Positions 1 through 9,127 of a DNA stretch of 64,000 nucleotides are shown piece by piece (the stretch's first letter is position 1; every line of letters begins with the position of its first letter). The translations under genes and the position numbers were made by a program. Under the pieces are notes generated by a model. The model ran no database searches. It was not told the origin of the DNA and was given only the letters and a program-made list of their open reading frames with translations. The DNA is from a bacterium (GTDB taxonomy: Bacteria; SAR324; XYD2-FULL-50-16): NCBI GenBank assembly GCA_032250835.1, contig JAVVEA010000005.1:1-64000 (forward strand), in the 5' to 3' direction.

Positions 1-3000
1 CGGTGGGGCAACTGCATCCAGGAGCCATACTGTCCATCCGTCAGGGCCCATGCGGTACCCGCCGACCAGCTACTGGCACCTAAGGTCACCTTATGCACCG
101 CGTGCCCCGTCGGGTCCGTGAAGTTGGTCGGGTTGTTGCGCACGTAGGCGTAGCGGTTGAAGTGGACCGCGCCGGTTCCATCGCCGTCGATCAAAGTGTC
201 CGGGCTGATGAAGCGGCCCAGGCTCGGATCATAGTAACGTGCGTTATAATAGATCAAACCGGTGGACTCGTCCAGTTCCTGACCCGTAAAAGAGGCGTAT
301 TGTTTGGCCGCCTTGCGGTGGTCCAAGGTGGACTGCACGTCTACCTCTCCGTATGGCAGGTGGCGGATTCTCGCCGCCACCTGGCCTTCTGAGTCGGTGA
401 TCAACGTCGCCGTTTGGATGTGGTTGGGGTGGAAGAACACCTTGTCGGTCATGGGCCGGGTCTGGACCATTTGGCCTAACAAGTTGCCCGAACTCAACGC
501 CCTCGCAGGAGCGCTGAGATCTTCGGAAGTTCCCTCTGTACCTTGATCGTCGTCAACGTCAACGTCCAGCGTCTCGCCGCTGAGCGTTGTCGAATCACCT
601 ATCGACAAGGGGTCTCCGTTACCCTGATTCCCGTTCCCGCAAGAAGCCACCCAAAACATCATGAACACCATGCTCAACGACACCAAGCGGTTGCCCCAAC
701 CGAAACGGCTGGTTTCCTGGGTTTCGTTTCGCCAGTTCTTGAGTTGACTCCACAATAAGGCCATCAGCACGGCGAGGGACAAAAGTCCAAAGAAGGTATA
801 AGGCAGGTTGACCAAGAATTGCGGTTCCGTAATTTTGGCCAAAAACCGGTAACCTACCGCTAAGGCAAAGCCCTTGGGCGTATTTTGGTCAAATATTTGT
901 GAATAGGCGACCCACTGACCGGCTTCGTCGGTTTCTCCGAAGGCGTAATGTTCATCGAAGCTGGCCAACTTGCCGTAACTGCCGGCTGAGATGGTTTTGG
1001 TGATCACAAACTTGTTGCCCTCGTGGTCGTGCTTCACTTGCACGCCTGCAGCGGGGTAGAAGGTGGTGTGTACCTTGTGGTTGTGGTGACCTCGGTAGAC
1101 CCGCTGCAAAATCCGCTGGCCCTTGTAGTCGTACGCGTTGGCCTGGAGTAGGCCTCCGTTTTTATAGACTTCCGTCATATGGCCCAAGGCGTTGTAGCGG
1201 TAGCCCCATTCAAGACCGTCCTGCAATTTGCCGGTCATCGCGCCGCTCCCATCATAGGTCACTTCGGTCCGCGTACCCGCAATCAGCTGTGTGCCGTTGT
1301 AGGTGAAGTCGCGGTCCACGGCGGCCCCGATATGGGTCATGTTACCGATCTGGTCATAAGCGTAGGTTTTATCACCATATGCGCCCGTGGCTCGGATCAA
1401 TTGTCCTAAAGGATCATATTCAAAAATCTGGCTCTGTGAAAGGCTGATGCCGGTCGAGAGGATGTGGTCTCGATCTTTTTCGCGGTCATGATCCTCTGAC
1501 TTACCGTGTTCATCGGATTTTTTTGACTCCTTATGTTCCCTTTCGTAGTGGTCTTTTTCCTGGCCATAATGATGGCCCTGGTCATGGTCATGGTCATCGT
1601 CTTCCTCACCGTAACGAGTGAAGTCGTCAATGCGGCTCACATTGCCCAGCACGTCGAAGCCGTAGCTCAGATTCTGCAGCTCCAAGCCCCTTGCGTTGGT
1701 GACCGACATGTTGGTGAGTAGGCCGCGCTGGTCAAAGCTAAAGCGGCTGACCACTTCAGAAGTCTGCCCTGGCTCCAAGGTCCGGGTGCTCGGTTGGCCG
1801 TAGGCGCTAAATCCGTCGTACTGTGCGTACACTTGCCCGTCGACCTTGACCTGGAACAGGTTGCCACCGGGCGTGTAATCGTAAGATTGCACCGTCGCCG
1901 GCGCGGGGCCAAATTTAGGGAAGCTTTCGCTGATCGCCCGACCCGCCAAGTCATAACTCCAATTACGGGTGAATACGGCTGGCAGGGCACCGAACTGAAC
2001 CGCTTCGGCGGATTTGCGCCCCATGGAGTCGTAAGCAAATTCAATCGTCCGGGCGGGATCAACGACTTTCGACAGGCGGCCCAGCGAGTTGGGCATTGCC
2101 GAATCGTCATAGGTAAAGGAGGTCACCTCTCCGTCGGCACTGATCCGGCGAGTGATGCGATTGAGCTCGTCAAACTCAAACCGCAGGGTACGACCCATGT
2201 TGTCGGTTACCCCCACTTTGTTGCCGTTTCGGTCATAATCATAGCTTACTAAACCCACCGAAGGGTCTTGCATCTGACGCAATTGGCCGAAGTTATCGAA
2301 GTTTTGTAAGACCTGCTGGCCATTGGGCAGATCGATCCGGGTCACGTTTCCCTTTAAATCATAGCCATAGAAAAGGGACCGCCCGGCTTTGTCTTTGACC
2401 TCAACCAGCCGTCCACGCCGGTCATATAGCCTTGTTTCTTTCTGCCCCTTCGCGTTGGTCATGGTGACCTGCCCCAGCCCGTATGCGTAAGTGATGGTTT
2501 TTCCATCGGGGCGCAGGATGCTTAAAGGACGTTCGGCCAAATCTCGCGTTGTCTGGCCCCAAAGCACGGGGTCGCCCTGAAAATGGGGCAAGCTCTTTTT
2601 TTCGATTGATCCGCCGAATTGAAGGACCCGTTCTTTTTCGGCCACAATCAAGCGTCCCTGGTCACCACTTTGAATGGTCCGGTAGACTTCGGAGAATCCA
2701 TCGAAGTATTCTGTACGTTCAGCCATCTGCAAGGGAGCACCGGGCTTTGAACTGGTGGTCCGTTGCAGAGTCCATTGCGTGTTGGGATCGCCTAGGGCCG
2801 AATAACTCTTGGTCGAGTAGCTGCCGTCTGGGCGGTTGACTTGGGTCAAGCGACCAAAAACATCGTAGCTGTAGCTGGTTTCATTTTGGTTGGCATCGCG
2901 CAACACAAGCAACTGTCCAGCGGCGTTGTATTCGCGAACGCTGCGTTGCCCCAAGGCATTGATTCCGCTGGTCAGATAGGCATTATAGATGGGGTCATAC

Positions 3001-6000
3001 TCTAAGACGCTACGGTTGCCTTTGGCATCTTCCAAGGCAATCAAGTTGCCACTGGTATCGTACGTCATCCCCTGAGTCTTAGGCACCCACACCCCGCTAG
3101 CGGTGGTGCATTGGGTCGATTCAGGACAGAAGAAAGACTCGATCGCCGTGATTTGGTTACCTGAATACTGGAAACGCGAGCCCGAAACCACAAGGCTGCC
3201 AGCGTATTCCATTGACTCGGTCGGCTGCCGCAAAATCCAGTTGGAAAGATCGTCGTGGTAGCTCATCTTCGTCCTGCGACAATCGGTGTCGATGCAGTCT
3301 ATCCGTTCGATGACGCTATCATAAGCGCCGAAGGTACTTTGGCTGGTCGAGGTCTTATATAAGGTGCCTCCTTCGTAGACTTTCTGCTCGCGGCTGGTCT
3401 GGTGAATACTGAAGACTTCCGGATAATGCTGCGCCCGGTCCCATTGATAGCTATCGACCGACAAAAGGCGGCCTAGATGATCGCGAGATTCCGAGCGAGA
3501 CGGCAATCCATGAAAGGGAACGTCTTGGCGGAAATATTCCGTCTTGGAAACTCCCAAGGGATCTACGTGAGTCGTCTTCGAAGCAAATCCCAGATTCTTG
3601 GTCTGGCTGCGGTCACCGGGCAGATAGCGGGCATTTTGGTACTGATACTGGCGCGACAGACTCATCCCACGACCATTCGTTTGCGTCACTTTCGTGACCA
3701 AGTAACGAAAGGCCGTATCGGCTTGCCCCGGACCGGCTGCTGCTCCGGGCACAACGGCACCTGGATGGTCTAAGGTAGACTGGTAGGCCAGTTGCATCGA
3801 GCCGCCAGCACCATTGTCTAATGCGACCAGAGCATCACGCTTCCCAGCCGTGCTCATCCATAATTTGGTAGCATCACCCCCGGTTTTGCCTCTCAAGAGC
3901 AGGTCGATGTTGCCATCGGCATTGAGGTCAAGAGAGCTCATCAGGCTTTGGGCCTCGCTCCAATCGGCGCGAGAAAACCCCAACACACCGTCTAGGCTTT
4001 GGGGTGTTTGGTACCCACCCGAAGCGGCGGCTTTTGCCACAAAGGAAGGCTGTGCGGCATCTTTGGACAGAAAATAGAGGTCTAAACGACCTGCGCCTTT
4101 GGTGTTCAACCAGCGCAACGAAAAGTTATCGGTTGCCCATTTGTCGGCGCTAATGCCCCATTTATTGCTCAAGCTGGCTGCGTTGTCGAACCCTTGACCG
4201 TTTTGCCGGGCCCATATGGGCGCCAAGCTGGTGTTCTTGGGTAGGAAGATCAAGTCGTCTAGGCCGTCAGCGTCTAGGTCGCGGGTAAGCAGTGTATAGT
4301 TGGCCGAATTCCAATGGCTCTTGTTCAAGCCATAGGCATTGGTCACAACCGTTAATCCCTGGTAGCCGGTAGGCGTCGAAAGGGATAGATAAGTTTCGTA
4401 GAGTTCGTTGTAGGGAACAAACAGAAGATCCGGGCGGCCATCTCGGTTGAGGTCAATCCGTTGCACCCGGAAGTTTGGCGTTGGGGCCACGGTCACATCG
4501 GGTGTGGCCATCTGCGGCAAACCCCAGGAGCTATTGTTTCGATCAGCTTTGGTGAAGCCACCTCCGGTCTTGCCGTTAAGCATAAATCCAGGCTGATGCA
4601 TGAAAATGGGCATCAGGTAAAAGTCCAGCATCCCGTCGCCGTTGTAGTCACCCAAGGCCCAGGTAACCGAGTCACCGCTCAAGGCGGCATTGCTCAAGCC
4701 CAACTGGCTGGCAATATCGACGGCTGATTTAAAACCGCCTTGTCCGTCCGCTTCAAGATACAAGGTCGACTGGTCTTGATTGAGCCCCTGCAAGAGCAAG
4801 TCGTCGAACGAGTCTTGGTTGTAGTCGACCACGTGAACAAGGTGGTTGCTTCGGTTCCAGGCGGCGTTGTTCATGCCGTAGCTGTTGGTGATGTTCTTTG
4901 CGTTGTCAAAACTGCCGTTTTGGTTGGCCAGCAGCAACTTCGCCTTTCCATTGCCCTTAGGCTGCAACAATAGATCCCTGCGGCCGTCACCATTGAAGTC
5001 GGCAAAGTGCAATTGACTCGCATCGATCGCCCATTCTGCTTGAGATACCCCCCAGACACCGTTCTGGTCACTCGGCACCGACGTTCCGGTCAACGTCGCA
5101 TCCCGCCAGGTGAACTGATGCGTCCTCAACAGACTGAGCCCGTCCGAACCAAACTCAGACACACGATTCAGGCGGCTGTACCCCGAGTCTTCACTCTGTT
5201 CATAAGCTAATTGATAGCTAAAGAAGAGGCTGGCTCCGGCGTAGATATCGATGCGAGATAGGCGCTGGGTCCGTTTTATAGGTGCTCCGTACGATTGAAT
5301 ATCGGAATAATCTGGCCGTCCTTCATAGATAAATTCCACTCCTTTAGCGTGGTCGGCGCTTCGACCATTGCCCAACGTATACAGCATGCGCCGAACCCGG
5401 AAATCGCCCGTGGTGGTGTCTTCGTCATACTGCACCTCATAATAGTTTCCGAACCGGTCTTCTACACGGTTTAAGGCCCAAACGCGGACGGCACCACCAC
5501 GGCCGCTTGCTTCGATCCGCGAATCGTTTGTGTATCCGAAGTAGGATTTAACTCCGTCGCGGGTCGTCCGAATCCATTGGCAAGGGCCAGCGGACCCACA
5601 GTTGCCTTGGGGCTGATACTGGGCCCAGTTTCCGATTCGGCGTGATATTGGGTTTTAGCCCCAGAGATGTCGACTAGCGGCCCATCGGGACCCACAAAGG
5701 AGTCTGCGGCGCTATATTGCACTCCATTCTCATTGGGCGTTCGCGAAATGGCTGAAAGCCCCCCTAGGTACCAACCGACCCCCAAAAGACCGTTCCCGCG
5801 TGAGGACGAATAGGCCAAAGCCAACTCAGGGCGCAGCTTCTGCGTTGCCTGAGGCAGCATCAAGGGGATGGCATGATTGAAATCACCTCGCGTCGAAACT
5901 TCGGCCTGACTCGGAGTAGAACTCAAGACCAGACACGCCACCAGGACTAAAATTGCGCTCCAATAACGCAGTCGTAGCTCCAGGGGGCGGTGTCTTTGAG

Positions 6001-6077
6001 TCTGCTTTTTGGGGGAGCAAGAGAGAGAGAGAGAGAGGATTCTGAGCTTTCAAGACGGTTACGATAGAATTAGACAT
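1..6077 (-). CDS. Large RHS/YD-repeat protein (SpvB-like N-term, FG-GAP repeats, TcdB-midN-like region, YD repeats, RHS core, start of C-terminal domain); 3' end outside window; two frameshifts near 5' end (phase-variable, pseudogene or assembly error)
   Basis: Manual translation. ATG 6077 with RBS GAGG. SpvB-like PELALAYSSSRGNGLLGVGWYLGGLSAISR lies in frame 5941. One frame appears open from ~5630 to position 1 (spot-checked; ORF track shows no stop-terminated ORF in it) with DFNGDGRRDLL, GDYNGDGMLDF, DLNRDGRPDLL, DLDADGLDDL, DLNADGNIDLL, many YxYD motifs, and core FTGQELDESTGLIYYNARYYDPSLGRFISPD...NRYAYVRNNPTNFTDPTGH. Confidence 0.9.
6020..6037 (-). repeat. (CT)9 simple sequence repeat in 5' coding region of RHS gene
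   Basis: AGAGAGAGAGAGAGAGAG on + strand; (CT)7 or (CT)10 would join ATG 6077 to the signal-peptide/SpvB frame. Confidence 0.9.
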
Positions 6078-6510
6078 AATTTCCTCACTTAGAAAGGGTA
6101 TTCAGAAGCCTCACTAACTACCTAGCGAGCCAATTGCCTAGGAGTAAAAAACAACTATGGGACTTCACCCTAAAAGATTTCGGGTTAATTCCCTAGGCAA
6201 TAACCTAATCGATTTCCCCAAAATGTCAAATAAAAAAATAACTCCGAAAAATGTTTTCCATAGGTACGCCAAAAACCAGGAGGACTCTTCAGGAATTTTA
6301 TTTTATTATATATATGTTTCAGTTGATTACAGTGACTTTTTACCAAACCGTCCAAATAAAGAGTCAAAGATTCGCTTCATCTTAACAGTGGTCCAGGATC
6401 GCTTCAGAATCGCTGCAAGGTATTTTGTTAAAAAGCCGGAGATCCTCGTATGTTGCTTCATAACCAAGACCTGCGACCATGCACCCGAAACATGCCGGAG
6501 TGTACCCCCC

Positions 6511-6549
6511 AAAAACACAAAACCCCGCTCTAGGCGGGGTTTTGCTTTT
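6511..6549. terminator. Probable bidirectional intrinsic terminator
   Basis: AAAACCCCGC-TCTAG-GCGGGGTTTT with T-rich tails on both strands. Confidence 0.7.
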
Positions 6550-6597
6550 AAACTAAATTTTCAAGGACCCTGACCCATCGCGGGGTTCCGAGCGGGC

Positions 6598-7735
6598 GTC
6601 ATGCGGTCCCCATAGGGGGACTTGGCTTCGGCTTCCCATGGACGCAGGCATCTGGGCCGGGCGCGGGGAAGGCGCTGTTTTCGCTGCATGGCTCCCGCAG
6701 GAACAGGGCGGTAGGCCCAATATGCGGGCCAATCAACCAAAAGTCACGCGAGGCCCCTAAATTCAGTCCAACGCGGTCCCCATAAGGGGGATTTGGCTTC
6801 GGCTTCCTTTTCACTCGGGCCCTAAGGGCACCCTACAACTCAGGAAGGCGCTGTTTCTGCTGCGTTGGCCCTCACCGGGGCCGGGCGGGTGGTCCTCGGG
6901 ACCACCGATCTACAAAATCACCAAAAGTCTGACTTCTAAAAGTCTCGCGAGGCCCCTAAATTTAGTCCAACGCGGTCCCCATAAGGGGGATTTGGCTTCG
7001 GCTTCCCACTGGCGGTGCCTCTGGGCCAACGCCGGGAAGGCGCTGTTTCGGCTGCGTTGGCCCTCAGCGGGGCCGAGCGGGTGGCCCTCGGGGCCACCGA
7101 TCTACAAAATCACCAAAAGTCTAACTTCTAAAGTCACGCGAGGCCCCTAAATCGTTCCAACGCGGTCCCCTAAGGGGGATAAGGCTCTTCGGCTTCATAT
7201 AGCCGGGCTCTTGAGGCCCGACGGCCAGAAGTCGCTGTTTCTGCTGCGTTGGCCCTAACCGGGGCCTTGCGGGTGGTCCTCGGGGCCACCGGGTTACAAA
7301 GTCACCTAAAAGTCTCGCAGGACCCTTAAAGGGCCCCCGTCACCTTAAAAAAGTTCCTTCGAAAAACCCCAAGGGAATCGAGCTAGCATCAATTCCCGTC
7401 AACCCAGCCCCCGTAGGGGCGCTGATCTTCCCCAAGCGGTCGGCGCGGTCCCCCTAAGGGAGACTTGGCTTCGGCTTCTGCCTGCGAGCAGGTCGAGAAG
7501 GCGCTGTTTTGGCTGCGCCGAAGGCCTAGAAAAATCAAGTTCTAAGAATGCTGAAGGAACCAGACCGGCTTCGTGCCGATCTCAAAAGAGCCAGAAATTG
7601 GCCCGCAAAACGAGGAGCTTAAACTTGCCCGTAGGAAGGTTCCCAGGGCGGTTTCACGGTCCCCTAAGGGGGACTTAGCTGGCTTCCCCAAAGGCTCCCG
7701 TCAGTGGGGCTAGGGGAGTGCGGTATTCAAGTGAA
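6598..7735. repeat. Tandem array of 5 clear + 1 degenerate copies of a ~80-100 nt structured motif (candidate ncRNA or REP-like array)
   Basis: Units at ~6600-6690, 6768-6868, 6967-7060, 7157-7252, 7440-7521, 7653-7735; shared core GCGGTCCCC-loop-GGGGA(T/C)TTGGCTTCGGCTTC[variable]GAAGGCGCTGTTTyNGCTGC. Confidence 0.9.
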
Positions 7736-7736
7736 T

Positions 7737-7905
7737 AACCGCCCTGCCGTGTAGTTGGGCGAATTGAACCTGAGTTGTCTCAGGTGGGAGTAGTATAACG
7801 GCGTCAGGCTTCCTAGCGAACCAGGCATGCACACTGCCGACAGAGACCAGTCCCTTTCTATAAGCATCGGCTCAATATATCCCAAAAAGCACGAACAGGG
7901 CAGTC
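7737..7905 (-). ncRNA. ssrS: 6S RNA
   Basis: Directly downstream of zapA; terminal stem GACTGCCCTG/CAGGGCGGTT; 6S-like motifs TTGAGCCGATG and CCCACCTGAG..CTCAGGTTCAA; ~170 nt; ends approximate. Confidence 0.85.
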
Positions 7906-7917
7906 AAGCTCCCATCT

Positions 7918-8250
7918 CTAATGAGCTTCTTGGGAAATTGCAACCTCAGAATGGGCAACCGCTTGGTTTCCCAGTAAAAGGTCCAATTCCCTAACCAAGG
8001 GCGTCAACCTTTCTTCGACCAGGGCCGATTGTTTTTTACGCTCCGCCTCCTCGCGGAGACCTTGGTCGGCGAGCATAATGGCGATTTTCATGGCCGCTTG
8101 GGAGAGATTGGGGTTCAGGCCCCCTTGGGCTAGGGCTCCAACGATTTCTTGGAGTCGCGACTCAATCTCTCGGACATGGGCTTCGCCATCACTACAACGC
8201 AGACTATAGCTCTGGTTATTCACCTCGATAGAGTAGGTCTGATTTTCCAT
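7918..8250 (-). CDS. zapA: Cell division protein ZapA
   Basis: YSIEVNNQSYSLRC...EAHVREI...AAMKIAIMLAD plus C-terminal coiled coil; precedes 6S RNA. Confidence 0.8.
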   Translation of the reverse strand: MENQTYSIEVNNQSYSLRCSDGEAHVREIESRLQEIVGALAQGGLNPNLSQAAMKIAIMLADQGLREEAERKKQSALVEERLTPLVRELDLLLGNQAVAHSEVAISQEAH

Positions 8251-8530
8251 GAACAAATTCTTCGGCCCTTGTGTTTAAGCCCTTACAGAACCCTTTTGGT
8301 TCTCTCGGGTAAATTATAGCACAGCCGCCGCCGCTTGCAAGGTCTATTTGTTCATAGCAGATGAATTTTTTTTAACTTGCCAGCAGGGGCTCATCCATTG
8401 TTACTTGGATTCCAGCGGGATTTCAAGACTTTTTGAACCCGAGGCATCATGGACCCTTTTTACTTGTCAGGCTCAAGTTCCTTCGGTTAATCTTGTACCC
8501 TTACCAACCAGCATAAGATCCAGATTCCCA

Positions 8531-8674
8531 ATGCCCGAAATCCATAATCTCAATTACGTAGTAGCCTCTTACGGCATCACTTTTGTCGTAATCTTCGGTT
8601 ACGCCCTTTGGGTCTGGGCCCGCATCGCTAAGGCGAAGCGGCAACAGGCCGAACTCAACCAAAACCAAAAATGA
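8531..8674 (+). CDS. ccmD: Heme exporter protein CcmD-like (47 aa)
   Basis: YVVASYGITFVVIFGY TM segment plus basic tail; ATGA overlap with ccmE. Confidence 0.75.
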   Translation: MPEIHNLNYVVASYGITFVVIFGYALWVWARIAKAKRQQAELNQNQK

Positions 8675-9120
8675 ACAAACGCAGCATCAAGTTCATCGCT
8701 GGTGGGGTCTTAATCCTGCTGGTTGCCTTGGGGCTATTTTCTTCGCTTAGCTCCGAGAACCTCACCTACTACCAAACACCCAACGAAGTATTGGCCAACC
8801 CCGCTAAGTACGAAAACGAAAAAATCCGCATCATGGGTTTGATCGAAAAAGACTCAGTAACCTGGGAACCCCAGGACACCCGCCTTAGCTTCCGTATCAC
8901 CGAAGACTCAGAAACCTTTTTGAGCGTCACCTACATCGGCAGCAAGCCGGACATGTTCAAAGAAGGTCAAGGGGTCGTAGTCGAAGGCATGATGGTCAGT
9001 GCCAAGGAATTTAAAGCCAACACCCTTCTGGTTAAGCACTCCGAGGAATACAAGGTAGACCCTGAGATGATGCACCAGATGAAAAAAGACAAATACTTCG
9101 ACTCGCTGAGCGCTAACTGA
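8671..9120 (+). CDS. ccmE: Cytochrome c maturation heme chaperone CcmE
   Basis: PDMFKEGQGVVVEG and KHSEEY heme-binding motif. Confidence 0.95.
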   Translation: MNKRSIKFIAGGVLILLVALGLFSSLSSENLTYYQTPNEVLANPAKYENEKIRIMGLIEKDSVTWEPQDTRLSFRITEDSETFLSVTYIGSKPDMFKEGQGVVVEGMMVSAKEFKANTLLVKHSEEYKVDPEMMHQMKKDKYFDSLSAN

Positions 9121-9127
9121 GAACACT

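Noticed and set aside
93-5210. Many short ORFs in the track on the + strand and in alternative - frames
   Set aside because: Shadows of the single long - strand RHS frame
6157-6814. ORFs 6157-6573, 6185-6367, 6327-6518, 6599-6814
   Set aside because: No recognisable motifs; they cross a terminator, AT-rich DNA or the repeat array
6768-6868. Resemblance of the motif to hammerhead/hairpin ribozyme (GAAAC), cobalamin riboswitch (GCGGTCCC) or T-box (ACCGCG)
   Set aside because: Only 5-8 nt matches; required partner motifs (CUGAnGA, GCCACUG, GGUGG) are missing from the expected positions
6598-7735. CRISPR or TIGR-type array interpretation
   Set aside because: Period of ~170-280 nt, divergent repeats, self-complementary inserts, and no cas or other effector gene in the window
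8348-8530. N-terminal extension of the ccmD ORF to 108 aa
   Set aside because: The CcmD-like part starts at ATG 8531; upstream looks like a divergent promoter region
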